Below are positions 52,374-63,723 of a stretch of 64,000 bases of DNA, one piece after another; within the stretch, counting starts at the first letter, position 1, and each line of letters begins with the position of its first letter. The notes below the pieces were generated by a model. The model was not told where the DNA came from and ran no database searches. It was given only the letters and a program-made list of their open reading frames with translations. Source of the stretch: Nitrosopumilus sp. (lineage in GTDB: Archaea; Thermoproteota; Nitrososphaeria; Nitrososphaerales; Nitrosopumilaceae); the NCBI GenBank assembly GCA_965203315.1, contig OZ241857.1, positions 704,001-768,000 of the forward strand, read 5' to 3'. The position numbers and the translations under genes were made by a program.

Positions 52374-52715
52374 ATGGTAAAACAGATCAGTCTCGATGCG
52401 TGGCAGATCAAACATTTGACAGAGTTGTTGACAAAAGGTTCAGAGATTGTCGCAAAGACAGATAAGCCGATCGTTCTGTATAGACAGATACTAGAAGAAG
52501 AAGACAGCTCGTACGAAGAGATAGTCTGCATTCTAACACACAAGTATGTAACCGAACAACGAATTAGTTCTGGAGGATTATTGCCACCCACATTTCATCA
52601 GCAGATAGTTTATTCTATAGCATCATATTCACCCATATTATTACGAAAGAGTAGAGATAGAGTCCTAAAGATGATCGATTTTCTTGAGGAACAGCTAGAC
52701 ACAGAGTCAGAATAG
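52374..52715 (+). CDS. Hypothetical protein
   Basis: 113 aa ORF with host-like composition. Confidence 0.7.
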   Translation: MVKQISLDAWQIKHLTELLTKGSEIVAKTDKPIVLYRQILEEEDSSYEEIVCILTHKYVTEQRISSGGLLPPTFHQQIVYSIASYSPILLRKSRDRVLKMIDFLEEQLDTESE

Positions 52716-52866
52716 ATGACTCATTTCTTGATTCTATTGATGGACAAGATGTATGTTTGAAGAGTTACGAACATTCTTGTCGAAGGGGTTCTGTAAAGTT
52801 ATAGTGACCTGAAGATTTAGTGTATAAAAGATCGCAAATTATAAAGATGTAAAACACACACGTGTA

Positions 52867-53038
52867 GGTTCTGTTCAATTGACGAAGATTGAGATCGTGA
52901 TGACGTTATCTCAAACGTACAATATGAGATTCAAAAAAGCATCAATTTACGATAACCAATATGAGGCCATTTCCATATTTTGCAAAGTTTCGTGAATTTT
53001 GTGCAGAAGATGCCAACCCCCGTCAATGGAACAGAACC
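52867..53038 (-). mobile_element. MITE family A
   Basis: ggttctgttcaattgac ... gtcaatggaacagaacc. Confidence 0.9.
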
Positions 53039-53074
53039 GGGACTCGGTATCTCTAATCACCAAAACTTAAGATT

Positions 53075-53281
53075 TCAAGGTTTTAAATAACATTGATAAA
53101 AATCAGAGTATTCCAAATCTTCTACAGATCCAAAATTCATAGCTTCGTAATCTGATGGCCATACACATGGTCCTGCAATAGTACCATAAAAAATCACATT
53201 TGAGATAAGTGGGAAAAACAATCCACAAAAAAACCCAAACACAAACACTAGAAGAAGAAAAATAAGATTAATAGTTGTCAT
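53075..53281 (-). CDS. Small membrane protein
   Basis: MTTINLIFLLLVFVFGFFCGLFFPL hydrophobic segment; overlaps upstream gene end. Confidence 0.5.
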   Translation of the reverse strand: MTTINLIFLLLVFVFGFFCGLFFPLISNVIFYGTIAGPCVWPSDYEAMNFGSVEDLEYSDFYQCYLKP

Positions 53282-54230
53282 GCCACCACGCAACATATGG
53301 TCCCCACCACAAAGCAGGCCACACATACCTTATGACTTCTGGATTTGGCTCGTACTCAAATACACGGTATGAGAAGTTTGGAGGATCAATTATGGCCTGA
53401 TCACGAAAAGCTCCTAAATCACACAATCCAGAATATTGACTACTAGGCGTAACCTTGGCAAAATCATAAGGCTGTGATGTAGTACCTGTCCATGAAGCAT
53501 AAACATCAACCATATGATATCCTGCTCTTTTTAATTCAGATTGTGTAGCACTTAGAGTTCCTGAACCTCGATAGTTATCAGGATATGTGTCAGGTTTATG
53601 TGGATCATTAAAACCTCCTCCACAGACAGTAAGCCATGCACCGTGATGTACAGGAACAATACTATCAATACCAAAGACAGTTACAATTGGTGTTTGGACA
53701 TAATCATAGGACACAGGCGTTATATCATTTGTAGAACCAATTGCGCCAGAATTGGCAAACAGAGCTTTGAATTTTCCAGTCTGTAGATCTTTTAGAGCAA
53801 GTTTTAGCTCCATATTGTTAGTTCCTAACTCATTTACCTTACCAACTGAACCAACAGTTGCATTCATTATTGCATTATTGTGTATTGTAAAATCCAGTGC
53901 AACATCAATGTCTTTTTGTGTTACATTAGGATCTTTTGTTGCAGATATGTCAAATTTGATGTTTTTGTTTTCATCATATATGACAAAAGGTTCCATTACA
54001 TCAAATGCGTGATGGATCTCTTGTAGTGTATAGTCTTGTGAAGTATCCTCTAATTCCTCTACTTGTGTGTTATCTAATTCCGTCAATTTCACATTAACTT
54101 GCATTTCTAATGATTCAATCTCTGATTTGAATTGGTTTGGTGTGCTTGCGTCAGTGTTTTGTGCCAATACTATGCATGGAACTAAGAATATAGCAACCAG
54201 ACGTGATCTGGCAATTTGTACTTTGTTCAT
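53268..54230 (-). CDS. Secreted hypothetical protein
   Basis: Signal peptide; aromatic C-terminus EPNPEVIRYVWPALWWGPYVAWWH. Confidence 0.75.
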   Translation of the reverse strand: MNKVQIARSRLVAIFLVPCIVLAQNTDASTPNQFKSEIESLEMQVNVKLTELDNTQVEELEDTSQDYTLQEIHHAFDVMEPFVIYDENKNIKFDISATKDPNVTQKDIDVALDFTIHNNAIMNATVGSVGKVNELGTNNMELKLALKDLQTGKFKALFANSGAIGSTNDITPVSYDYVQTPIVTVFGIDSIVPVHHGAWLTVCGGGFNDPHKPDTYPDNYRGSGTLSATQSELKRAGYHMVDVYASWTGTTSQPYDFAKVTPSSQYSGLCDLGAFRDQAIIDPPNFSYRVFEYEPNPEVIRYVWPALWWGPYVAWWHDNY

Positions 54231-54531
54231 GTTATTAATTATCGTATAACTTTTTTACTATATATGAGAGCCGTATCTATGATATGTATCCATGATACGT
54301 AATGTTTTTATATGTGCCCTAGACGAGTCGATTCTGTTCACTTGTTCGATCTTGATATGTCTATCGATTATCAATAAATTTTGTAAACATTAGACGATTA
54401 AAGGTCTGATCGTAACATGTATTGTCACAACAAACCACAAAGATCATATGCTGTTAATCCTTCTACAAAACAAGCCTGATCTACATTCGTTTTAGTTAAG
54501 GGATACAAGGATCTATGAGTGAAATATCCGC

Positions 54532-54707
54532 GGTTCTGTTCAATTGACAGGGGTCGAGATCGTGATGATGTTATCTCAAAAGACGCACAACATGAGACTC
54601 AAAACAGCAGTAATTTACGATAGTCGATATGATACGTTTCCGTATTTTGCGAAATTTTTTGAGAATTTTGTGCACAAAATACCAACCACCGTCAATTGAA
54701 CAGAACC
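54532..54707 (-). mobile_element. MITE family A
   Basis: Perfect 17-bp TIR ggttctgttcaattgac / gtcaattgaacagaacc. Confidence 0.92.
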
Positions 54708-54716
54708 TAGTACAAA

Positions 54717-54857
54717 AGACTGTATGCATATTTCTTACATCATACGCACATTTTAAGGTACAATAAAACACAGGTGTGATTTCTAGAGGCAAATTGATTC
54801 ATTGCCATCATGTTTGATGATTGGGCATGGGCACTCTTAATAATGCGCATACAGTCT
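54717..54857 (-). mobile_element. MITE family B
   Basis: agactgtatgcatatt ... aatgcgcatacagtct; 9 bp after MITE A, followed by a family F right-half remnant (54858-54901). Confidence 0.9.
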
Positions 54858-55018
54858 AGTGGTTTTCTGACCGTTCAATACCAAATAGACCGAAAAGATC
54901 CGTAGCGATGCATGAACAGACATGTTAATGGATCACTAGTTCCTTTGCACGATTGCTCCAAACACTCCATCTATCCTCCAAGCAATGTAATTATATACGA
55001 GTTCGTGTAACAGTCATC

Positions 55019-55243
55019 ATGGAATCGGATAAATGCATGTGTGGGGGTTCATTAGTACCATATCTTCGAGATGGTAAAATACACACATTTAGTATAGCCA
55101 CAGACTTGCCACCATCAAGTTTGTACATATGTATAAAATGTGGCCATTGGCATTTATTCACGATAGCATTACAAAAAGAGGGTAAAGAGTTATTACTATC
55201 TGAAGTTCCAGATGAGGTTAAGAAAAATTTAGGATTAAACTAG
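55019..55243 (+). CDS. Small zinc-ribbon protein
   Basis: MESDKCMCGG...CIKCGH. Confidence 0.55.
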   Translation: MESDKCMCGGSLVPYLRDGKIHTFSIATDLPPSSLYICIKCGHWHLFTIALQKEGKELLLSEVPDEVKKNLGLN

Positions 55244-55290
55244 ACAAAAACATATAACAACGTCGATCATATTAATGTGTTTGCAATTTA

Positions 55291-55641
55291 TTACATACCA
55301 GACAATTTTGATTCGATTTCCGAAAGTCTTTTTCTACACGTATTTCTTATTTTTTCTGTTATATTTGCGGTTGGATAATATCGAGCTCGTATGCTTACAT
55401 CAAATAGTTTGACATAGGAATCATACAAGTCAGTTAATTCTTTCTTTACTGCTTTTTTTCTACCTTTATGATTTTTTTCAAACTCTATTCCGTTTTTATG
55501 TAAATAATCGTTGACCAAATGCAGTGCAGTATAAAATATAACAATTACTTCCCATTCAATATAATCCGGAGTCTTTTGGTTAAGATAATGAAGAGTGTTT
55601 TTGTTGTTAATACTCTTAGCATAATAGTTTGACATGATCAT
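55291..55641 (-). CDS. HEPN domain protein (paralog of 3596-3955)
   Basis: EWEVIVIFYTALHLVNDY, HKGR, SIRARY. Confidence 0.75.
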   Translation of the reverse strand: MIMSNYYAKSINNKNTLHYLNQKTPDYIEWEVIVIFYTALHLVNDYLHKNGIEFEKNHKGRKKAVKKELTDLYDSYVKLFDVSIRARYYPTANITEKIRNTCRKRLSEIESKLSGM

Positions 55642-56093
55642 TCTCGTTTAAAAATTGTAGTCGTATTGTTTAATACGCTTTGATCGATCTCGGAAGGAAG
55701 CAAAATTATCAATTGCATGTAAATATTTGGAAATTGATCTTCTAATTTAAAAAACACATCATAAATTGTGTCTTCTGAATATTCATAATCATCGTGTTCA
55801 TAAACCACAATTAATTTTATTTCATCAAATATATTCTCATAGCACACTAGTTTTACAAAATTAACACTGCTAAAGGCATCATTAATTTTTATTTTTATCT
55901 TTTCCACATCTACTTTATGTATCTTTTTAAAGTCGTTTTTTGACTCATCAGGATGTTTTGGTGTAGCTTTAGTAGATAACTTTTCTGCATTTTTTAGGTG
56001 ACTTGTTGACTGTGTAAGACCTTTTTGGCCTAGTCGGTACAATTCAGGCGCCAATTCATTTTTATAGCACACAACATCATCCGTAGTCGACAA
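55638..56093 (-). CDS. Putative antitoxin (paralog of 3114-3599)
   Basis: FVK..CYEN..DEI.LIV.YEHD..FFKLED.FP.IYM..TTT.FKRE shared. Confidence 0.6.
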   Translation of the reverse strand: MSTTDDVVCYKNELAPELYRLGQKGLTQSTSHLKNAEKLSTKATPKHPDESKNDFKKIHKVDVEKIKIKINDAFSSVNFVKLVCYENIFDEIKLIVVYEHDDYEYSEDTIYDVFFKLEDQFPNIYMQLIILLPSEIDQSVLNNTTTIFKRE

Positions 56094-56372
56094 TTAATCA
56101 GCACCTCTAAACGTAGTATATGTGTTGTCAAAAGTACAAAGGTTAAATGATTTTGATCGCGATTGTATATTCATTATGAAATTATAATATATTGTAATAA
56201 CACGTGTATTATAAAACACAACAAGTAAAACTCCAACCACAAGGCCATCTGCAACTTTATGTACTATCAATGAAACATAGGGATCATTTGTCACATAATA
56301 ACATGTTTTAAAGTTTTCTATCAAATGTGTTACATTACCTAATGATTTCTCCACATAATTAATACTCGACAT
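56094..56372 (-). CDS. Shortened paralog of 2712-3113, possibly decaying
   Basis: YVEKSLGNVTHLIENFKTCYYVTND vs VFEKSLVRILEHLDDFESCSHIAND; same position in module. Confidence 0.5.
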   Translation of the reverse strand: MSSINYVEKSLGNVTHLIENFKTCYYVTNDPYVSLIVHKVADGLVVGVLLVVFYNTRVITIYYNFIMNIQSRSKSFNLCTFDNTYTTFRGAD

Positions 56373-56441
56373 TACGCACGTCATTATACCATTACCACAT
56401 ATAACTGATTCTAATAGGTAAGCGTTCAAGGCCATTTTAAA

Positions 56442-56557
56442 GGATATTTTCGATTTATGTTGGATGGTGTCTCGCAAGGCTTTTTTTAATTTTCCCTCAT
56501 GGAATCTGGTAGTGCTTTTTCTGTGACCGTCATATCCCAGGTAAACTGAAAATATCC
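56442..56557 (+). mobile_element. MITE family F
   Basis: TIR ggatattttcgattta / taaactgaaaatatcc. Confidence 0.8.
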
Positions 56558-56594
56558 TTTAAATGGATAAAAGAATAGAAACACCACACATCAA

Positions 56595-56894
56595 ATGTTC
56601 AGCTACAGCAAACCTGAAATAACAGAAGCGTTCAAGATCGGTATGGAGTGGGTGGATGCACTGTTGGACAAATCATGTAAAAATACACTCACAAAGAGCG
56701 AGGTACTACACAGTCTATTTCACATGATTCAAGTAAATGAAGAGATGTTAAACAGTATCGAGTCAGACAAGCGTGTCTTTGGACCAGAGTTCGAAGAACT
56801 AAAACAGAGTGAGATACGAGATATAAACTTTCATCTAAAGTATTATCGAGGTCTAGTAAACTATATCAACAGCACTCCAGATGCTATTGGGTAA
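56595..56894 (+). CDS. Hypothetical protein
   Basis: 99 aa ORF with TTTAAA box about 35 bp upstream. Confidence 0.65.
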   Translation: MFSYSKPEITEAFKIGMEWVDALLDKSCKNTLTKSEVLHSLFHMIQVNEEMLNSIESDKRVFGPEFEELKQSEIRDINFHLKYYRGLVNYINSTPDAIG

Positions 56895-56895
56895 T

Positions 56896-57432
56896 TTATG
56901 TGCGCAAGTGTGAGAACATGCTGTTGTACATGTCTTGTTTATCTGCATTAGTTCCATACTCGGTATCTCGATCGTACTCTAGACGTTTTTGTGTCAATAT
57001 AGATTCTATCTTCTCGATTTGTGTAAAGAGCAGCTTGCTTGAATCTTCACGGGCAAACTGCCTCTGCTGATCTTGGTTTTGGCCTCGCGTCACATAGTAT
57101 CTATCTTTAAAGTGATCTAGAATTTTGGGGACGAGTTCTATTCTAGTCATCTCTGCAAGATCAAAGTGACCTTGTTCGTGTACAAGAAGCTGGTCAGTCA
57201 TATGATGAGAACGAACCCATGACAGATGGGGATAAAAACAAGTATCTAGTTTGATGTTCTCTATAGCAAACTTGATCTGATCATCTATATCTCTAGAACT
57301 CACCGTCCATGTACAGTTGTATTTGATATAGCTACTTGCATCTTCATATACGGAGGGATTCGGATCTGCGGTATAGTCAGACCACGCCAGAAGGCGATCC
57401 CTAGACCATACAAAATATGCCCCTTCACTCAT
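56896..57432 (-). CDS. DUF922-like putative zinc-dependent protease
   Basis: L.WSDY, SWV, LLVHEQGHFDLAE, YDRDTEYG. Confidence 0.75.
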   Translation of the reverse strand: MSEGAYFVWSRDRLLAWSDYTADPNPSVYEDASSYIKYNCTWTVSSRDIDDQIKFAIENIKLDTCFYPHLSWVRSHHMTDQLLVHEQGHFDLAEMTRIELVPKILDHFKDRYYVTRGQNQDQQRQFAREDSSKLLFTQIEKIESILTQKRLEYDRDTEYGTNADKQDMYNSMFSHLRT

Positions 57433-57754
57433 ACGTACTAGACAGAGACTACTAGAAATAAGACTAACTGTACTAGTGTATCTTTGATCACTTTTTCAAC
57501 TCTTTTGATCAATTTTTAGAACGTTGTCAGTTTTAATGACATTTGCAGAATGTCTGTTGAAGGCAAGATGCTGACCTGTTTGGCTCTCAACGTGGCTCCC
57601 AAAGAGCAAAGAATCTAGGGAATCAAACTTGCTTGCTTTCTAATTTGATATACAGACTAGGTTCAACATGTCGACAAATCTCTCTTTCGTGTATAGTCCA
57701 CAAGACACTTGAACAAAATAATTAAATAACTATACACGATACCTCAACTCATGG

Positions 57755-59098
57755 GTGAACGTCTTTGGAGATCAACCAAAAATCATACCTCTAGATCTAG
57801 ATGAGAGCCAGTTTCGCCTGTATACAAGAATCTCTAAAAATTATAAACATACCTTTCTCTTTGAGTCATTGTCAGGTCCAGAGATACTGGCAGAGACATC
57901 AGTGATGGGGTTTGATCCAAAGGAGATAATTCGTGGATACACAGATAGGATTGAGATCATCAGAGATGACACACAGGTCATCGAGACAGACAGTCCATTT
58001 ATCGAGTTACGATCACACCTACGAGAGTCTAGCAATCAAAAGTATCGATATCTAGGAGGGGCTGTAGGTTATGTAAATTATGATGCCATAAGACTGACAG
58101 AGAATATTCCAGATCGACATAATCTTGATGAGCCTCTAATGGAGTTTGGAATATACGACGATGGCATCATATATGACAATATCAGAAAGTCGTTGTTCTA
58201 CTTTTATTATGATACAGATCGATTCGACGAGATAGAGATGGGTGACGATACATTAGGCTCATTTAAGGCATACGACATCAAGCCAGATATAGATCAGATA
58301 GAATTCACCACAATGGTAGAGAGAGCAAAACGGTACATCAATGATGGCGATATCTTTCAAGTAGTCTTGTCACGTAGATTCGACTTTACAACAAGCGGTG
58401 ACACTCTGAAATTGTACAGTACTTTACGGAGACTGAATCCATCACCATACATGTATCATCTCAAACACGACACACATGTAATAGTTGGTGCATCTCCAGA
58501 GATGCTAGTGCGGATAACAGGCGATAGAGTCGAGACGTTTCCCATAGCTGGAACAAGAGAGATATCTGACGACGATGGCGAGAATCAGAGATTGGTCCAA
58601 GATCTACTAAACGATGAGAAAGAGATTGCAGAGCATACGATGTTGGTAGACCTTGGCAGAAATGATATTGGTCGAGTATGTAAGAATGGCACAGTACGTG
58701 TAGAGTCATTGATGGACATAAAGAGATTCAGCCATGTTCAACATATTGTAAGTCATGTAGCAGGTCAACTGGGAGCAGATAGAGACATGTTTGATGCGTT
58801 TAATGCGATCTTTCCAGCAGGAACTGTATCAGGTGCTCCAAAGGTGCGAGCGATGGAGATAATAGAAGAGTTAGAACCGTCTGCGCGTGGCAACTATGCA
58901 GGCGCGGTAGGATACTTGGCCAACAATAGATGTTGTGACTTTGCAATTGCGATACGAAGCATCTTTATCAATGGAACGTCTGGATTCATCCAGTCTGGTG
59001 CAGGAATAGTCTCAGACTCGGTACCAGAGAATGAGTTTCTAGAGACTCAACACAAGGCTCGTGTGATGCTTGCTGCACTAGAGGAGGCAGTAGATTGA
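57755..59098 (+). CDS. trpE: Anthranilate synthase component I
   Basis: GDIFQVVLS, NPSPY, ASPE, EHTMLVDLGRND, PAGTVSGAPK. Confidence 0.95.
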   Translation: MNVFGDQPKIIPLDLDESQFRLYTRISKNYKHTFLFESLSGPEILAETSVMGFDPKEIIRGYTDRIEIIRDDTQVIETDSPFIELRSHLRESSNQKYRYLGGAVGYVNYDAIRLTENIPDRHNLDEPLMEFGIYDDGIIYDNIRKSLFYFYYDTDRFDEIEMGDDTLGSFKAYDIKPDIDQIEFTTMVERAKRYINDGDIFQVVLSRRFDFTTSGDTLKLYSTLRRLNPSPYMYHLKHDTHVIVGASPEMLVRITGDRVETFPIAGTREISDDDGENQRLVQDLLNDEKEIAEHTMLVDLGRNDIGRVCKNGTVRVESLMDIKRFSHVQHIVSHVAGQLGADRDMFDAFNAIFPAGTVSGAPKVRAMEIIEELEPSARGNYAGAVGYLANNRCCDFAIAIRSIFINGTSGFIQSGAGIVSDSVPENEFLETQHKARVMLAALEEAVD

Positions 59099-59685
59099 AG
59101 TTTCTAATAATTGACAACTATGACTCTTTTGTGTACAATATTGCACAGTATCTAGGAGAGTTAGGAGTAGATTGTACAGTTGTACGAAACGATAGAGTCA
59201 CATTACATGATATCAGAGCAGCAGGCTATGACGGAATCGTGATATCGCCTGGTCCAGGAACGCCCACAGATAAGAGATACTTTGGAATCTGTTCTGATGT
59301 GATCAAGACACTAGGCAAGACCGTACCAATTCTTGGTGTATGTCTTGGGCATCAAGGAATAATTGATGTCTTTGGCGGTACAGTAACGAACGCACGCCAC
59401 GTGAGACATGGCAAGATCAGCACAATAACTCATACAGATTCAGATCTCTTCAAAGATGTGAATAACCCATTTCAAGCAACTCGTTATCACAGTCTGGTGG
59501 GAGAGAAGACTCGGATTCCGGACACGCTTCAAGTTACCGCAACGGCAGACGATGATGGCGAAGTCATGGCCATACAACATAAAGAGTATCCAATACACGG
59601 AGTTCAATTTCATCCAGAATCTATAATGACCAAAGAAGGAATCAAGATACTTGCAAACTTTATTCGATTGGTGAGATATGGTTGA
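59095..59685 (+). CDS. trpG: Anthranilate synthase component II
   Basis: IDNYDSF, SPGPG, GVCLGHQ, RYHSL, QFHPES. Confidence 0.95.
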   Translation: MKFLIIDNYDSFVYNIAQYLGELGVDCTVVRNDRVTLHDIRAAGYDGIVISPGPGTPTDKRYFGICSDVIKTLGKTVPILGVCLGHQGIIDVFGGTVTNARHVRHGKISTITHTDSDLFKDVNNPFQATRYHSLVGEKTRIPDTLQVTATADDDGEVMAIQHKEYPIHGVQFHPESIMTKEGIKILANFIRLVRYG

Positions 59686-60719
59686 ACCAGATGACAAAGT
59701 TATCTCAAGGAGTCGATCTCACATATGATGAAGCGTATAAAGCTGCACGCATGTTGCTCGAAGATCATACAGATACATCTGACAAGGTCAGGCTCTTAGA
59801 TGCGCTTGCGGCAAAGGGCGAGACAGATGATGAGATCTTGGGAATGTTGGACGCGATGATCTCATCTGCAGATACAGTCAAACTCGACAAACACAACACA
59901 ATAGACATGTGTGGTACAGGGGGGGATGGATTAAACACATTCAACATATCCACTACAGCCGCGTTTGTGGTTGCTGCGTCTGGAGGAACAGTAGCAAAAC
60001 ATGGGAATCGATCTAGTTCGGGCATATCAGGCAGTGCTGATATCTTTGAAGCGCTAGGGTATAATCTAGATGCCACATCTGACAGACTAGACGACATGCT
60101 TTGTCGTCACGGTATCTGCTTTATGTATGCGCCAAAGTTTCATCCAGCCATGAAACATGTTGCAGCTGCAAGGAGAGAGTTGGGACGTAGGACGATCTTT
60201 AATCTATTGGGTCCGCTTGCAAATCCTGCCAGGGTGCAGCATCAGTTGATTGGGGTATCATCTACAGAGTACCTAACCAGACTACCAAACATCCTGAGCC
60301 ATCACAATATACAACGTGTGATGACCGTAATGTCTGATATCGGCATGGATGAGTTTTCAACCAGTTCTATAAATCATACATGTACATTACAAGATGGCCA
60401 AGTTGTATCAAGTACGATCGATCCTCAAGAGATGGGACTTGCAAGATCAGAGATTACAGATATTCAGATATCTACAAAAGAAGAGTCGTTGAATGCATTC
60501 GTAAAAGTCTTGCACGGATCTGCAGCACGTGCAATGATCGAGACAGTGGCGTTGAATGCTGCCGGCGGACTAGTTGTAGGTAATGTGTGCAGAGATATCT
60601 CTGAAGGAGTCACAATAGCACTAGATACGATACGATCTGGTAAAGCAATGGATCTCTTGACGAGATTTGTACAAGATACAGGAGATATTGAGAGATTGGA
60701 GGCGGTGTCACTTGGTTAG
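59682..60719 (+). CDS. trpD: Anthranilate phosphoribosyltransferase
   Basis: CGTGGDG, FNIST, KHGNR, GSAD, FNLLGPLANP. Confidence 0.95.
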   Translation: MNQMTKLSQGVDLTYDEAYKAARMLLEDHTDTSDKVRLLDALAAKGETDDEILGMLDAMISSADTVKLDKHNTIDMCGTGGDGLNTFNISTTAAFVVAASGGTVAKHGNRSSSGISGSADIFEALGYNLDATSDRLDDMLCRHGICFMYAPKFHPAMKHVAAARRELGRRTIFNLLGPLANPARVQHQLIGVSSTEYLTRLPNILSHHNIQRVMTVMSDIGMDEFSTSSINHTCTLQDGQVVSSTIDPQEMGLARSEITDIQISTKEESLNAFVKVLHGSAARAMIETVALNAAGGLVVGNVCRDISEGVTIALDTIRSGKAMDLLTRFVQDTGDIERLEAVSLG

Positions 60720-61488
60720 AGATATACTAGAGCGGTTGGTACACAACTCACATCTAGCAATCAGTGACGGCATATACGACATCGATGAGAGTCTTGACTC
60801 TTCAGAGTCTAGCTTTGTATCTGCCATCAACACTAGTCAATGCACACCGGTCATTACAGAGATAAAGTTTGCATCGCCATCTCTTGGCAAGATCAGCACT
60901 CTTACCAATCCTGTTCTAGTTGCGCAACAGATGATAGCAGGCGGTGCGATAGGCCTTTCAGTCCTTACACAACCACACCTATTTTCTGGATCACCAAGAT
61001 ACTTTACCATGATACGAGATGCAGTAAAGGTTCCAATGTTGATGAAAGATATCATAGTAGACAAGATACAGCTAGATGCAGCAGTAAAGATAGGAGCAGA
61101 TATGATCCTACTGATACAGTCACTCTTTGATCGAGCATATGTATCAGAGATAGACGAGTTTATCGATTATGCTCACAAGTCTGGGCTCGAGGTACTGCTC
61201 GAAGTACATACAAGACAAGAGTTTGATAATGCAGCAAACACGGCTGCAGATATAATTGGAATAAACAATCGAGATCTCGACACATTAGAGATTGATCTCG
61301 ACACAACATGCAAGATACTAAAAGATAATGGGACATCGCGTCTGATCATATCCGAGAGTGGAATCGAGTCATCTGAACAGATTCGAGAGCTAAAACGCTG
61401 TGGAGCTGGTGCCTTTTTGATAGGAACAAGTATAATGAGACATGGCAATATAGAGGCTCAAGTGAAGAGGTTGGTAGAGTCGTATTGA
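60712..61488 (+). CDS. trpC: Indole-3-glycerol-phosphate synthase
   Basis: [29 protein letters not shown]; start approximate. Confidence 0.93.
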   Translation: MVRDILERLVHNSHLAISDGIYDIDESLDSSESSFVSAINTSQCTPVITEIKFASPSLGKISTLTNPVLVAQQMIAGGAIGLSVLTQPHLFSGSPRYFTMIRDAVKVPMLMKDIIVDKIQLDAAVKIGADMILLIQSLFDRAYVSEIDEFIDYAHKSGLEVLLEVHTRQEFDNAANTAADIIGINNRDLDTLEIDLDTTCKILKDNGTSRLIISESGIESSEQIRELKRCGAGAFLIGTSIMRHGNIEAQVKRLVESY

Positions 61489-62669
61489 ATACAGAGAATG
61501 GGCGATTTGGTGACTTTGGTGGAAGGTATATTCCAGAGACCCTAGTTCCAGCAGTCGACGAGTTAGAGTCTAGTTATCTAGAGTTTAGTAGGGATGAAGA
61601 GTTTATCAACGAGTTGGATCATCATCTACGAGTATATGCAGGAAGGCCGACACCACTGTATCACGCAGCAAATCTCTCTGCAAATATTGGTGGTGCTCAG
61701 ATATATCTAAAACGTGAAGATCTCTTACATGGAGGTGCTCACAAGATCAACAATACGCTAGGTCAAGCTCTACTTGCAAAGAGGATGGGTAAGCGTCGAA
61801 TAATAGCCGAGACGGGTGCTGGTCAACACGGTGTGGCAACAGCTATGGCGTGTGCAGCCCTAGATATGAAATCAGAGATATACATGGGGTACAAAGATAC
61901 AGTTCGTCAACAACTTAATGTGGTTCGTATGAACCTACTAGGTTCAACTGTACATCCTGTGCGATCTGGTTCTGAGACTCTCAAAGATGCGATAAACTCG
62001 GCGATACGAGATTGGATAACAAACGTAGAGACCACATACTATTTACTAGGTTCGGCAGTTGGTCCACACCCATATCCAACCATGGTTAGAGACTTTCAGA
62101 GTGTCATAGGTAAAGAGATCAAGACACAGATAAGAGAGATGCAGATTACTCCAGATTGTGTGATTGCATGTGTAGGGGGCGGATCAAATGCAATTGGGAC
62201 GTTCTATCCATTAATCGATACAGAGATCGAATTAATCGGAGTAGAGGCTGCCGGTAGAGGCCTAGATACAGATCAACACTCTGCGACTCTCTCTGTCGGC
62301 AGCAGGGGTGTACTGCACGGCATGATGACGTATCTGCTGCAAGATAATGAAGGTCAGATTATACAGACACATAGCATATCAGCTGGTCTAGATTATCCAG
62401 GTGTTGGTCCAGAGCATGCACATCTCAAAGAGATTGGACGTGTAAAGTATCGCTCGGCAACCGATCAAGAGGTAGTCGACGCGTTCTTGATGTTGACTAG
62501 AACCGAGGGGATCATACCTGCACTAGAGTCAGCACATGCAGTTGCCGAAGCGATCAAGATTGCAAAAGAGATGAAGCGAACCGAGACCATAATCGTTACA
62601 CTCTCGGGACGCGGAGACAAAGATGTAGACCAAGTTCAGGAGTATCAGCAGAGGCATGTCAAAGATTAG
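61485..62669 (+). CDS. trpB: Tryptophan synthase beta chain
   Basis: [36 protein letters not shown]. Confidence 0.97.
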   Translation: MNTENGRFGDFGGRYIPETLVPAVDELESSYLEFSRDEEFINELDHHLRVYAGRPTPLYHAANLSANIGGAQIYLKREDLLHGGAHKINNTLGQALLAKRMGKRRIIAETGAGQHGVATAMACAALDMKSEIYMGYKDTVRQQLNVVRMNLLGSTVHPVRSGSETLKDAINSAIRDWITNVETTYYLLGSAVGPHPYPTMVRDFQSVIGKEIKTQIREMQITPDCVIACVGGGSNAIGTFYPLIDTEIELIGVEAAGRGLDTDQHSATLSVGSRGVLHGMMTYLLQDNEGQIIQTHSISAGLDYPGVGPEHAHLKEIGRVKYRSATDQEVVDAFLMLTRTEGIIPALESAHAVAEAIKIAKEMKRTETIIVTLSGRGDKDVDQVQEYQQRHVKD

Positions 62670-63447
62670 TTCCAAGTTTGTCGATCTAGCAGACGATGGA
62701 CAGAGTGCATTGATCGCATATCTGATGGCAGGATTTCCCAACATAAAGTCAACTATATCTGCGATTCGAGGACTAGAGCGCGGCGGTGTCGACATGATAG
62801 AGATAGGCATACCATTCTCTGATCCACTAGCCGACGGTCCAACGATCCAAGATGCGAGTAAGGTATCACTAGACAACGGAACAAAGATAACCGATATACT
62901 AGATATGATTCGAGATCAACAGATCACAACACCGATAATCTTGATGACATATACCAATCTGCTCTACAAACGAGGTTATGCACAGTTTGCTGCACAGGCA
63001 AGAAAAGTAGGAGTAGATGGATTGATCTTGCCCGATATGTCTCTCGAAGAGTCTGAGACATATAGACGCGAGTCTGCAGGACTAGATACCATATTTCTTT
63101 TATCACCAAATACAACTAGAGAGCGAGTAGACTCGATAATAGATATCTCTTCGGGTTTTGTGTATCTGGTTGCCGTATATGGTACAACTGGCGCGCGAAC
63201 AGGAGTTAAACAGTATGCACTAGATGCGCTAACCAGGATAAAGAGGCAAGCTCAAAATCGCATTCCAGTAGGAGTGGGATTTGGTGTCTCAAAACCCACA
63301 GATGTTAAACAGTATGTTACGGCAGGCGCGGATGCGGTAATTGTAGGTAGTGCCTACCTGGATATCATAAAACGTACACCATACTCTAAACTAGAGTCAG
63401 ACATTGCAGAGTTTACTCGTCAGCTCAAACTAGCAACCATCCACTAG
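62656..63447 (+). CDS. trpA: Tryptophan synthase alpha chain
   Basis: [27 protein letters not shown]. Confidence 0.96.
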   Translation: MSKISSKFVDLADDGQSALIAYLMAGFPNIKSTISAIRGLERGGVDMIEIGIPFSDPLADGPTIQDASKVSLDNGTKITDILDMIRDQQITTPIILMTYTNLLYKRGYAQFAAQARKVGVDGLILPDMSLEESETYRRESAGLDTIFLLSPNTTRERVDSIIDISSGFVYLVAVYGTTGARTGVKQYALDALTRIKRQAQNRIPVGVGFGVSKPTDVKQYVTAGADAVIVGSAYLDIIKRTPYSKLESDIAEFTRQLKLATIH

Positions 63448-63472
63448 ACATGATCAGTCTGTGATATACATC

Positions 63473-63615
63473 AGATTGTATGCGTATTTATTATATCTTG
63501 TACATATTTGAGGTACAATGAAACACACATGTGTCATCTCTAAAGGCAACTTGATTCATTGTTGTCATGTTTGATGATTGGGCATGGAACACCCTCAATA
63601 ATACGCACATAGTTT
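63473..63615 (-). mobile_element. MITE family B, degenerate copy
   Basis: agattgtatgcgtatt ... aatacgcacatagttt with family interior. Confidence 0.8.
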
Positions 63616-63723
63616 ATCAATAGAATGTACAATTCATGTTCACATTGTCGTTATTACACATGTCATGTATTCTAGTTATCTTACACTAGTTATCTTAAAA
63701 TCTAGTGTAGGAACTTGAACACT

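Noticed and set aside
54515-54531. 17-bp near match to the 3' end of ORF 23969-24307 (RIFHS-stop)
   Set aside because: Too short and no further similarity beyond the MITEs
57755-63447. trp operon without trpF
   Set aside because: trpF may lie elsewhere or be replaced; cannot be judged from this window and I recall this layout from related archaea
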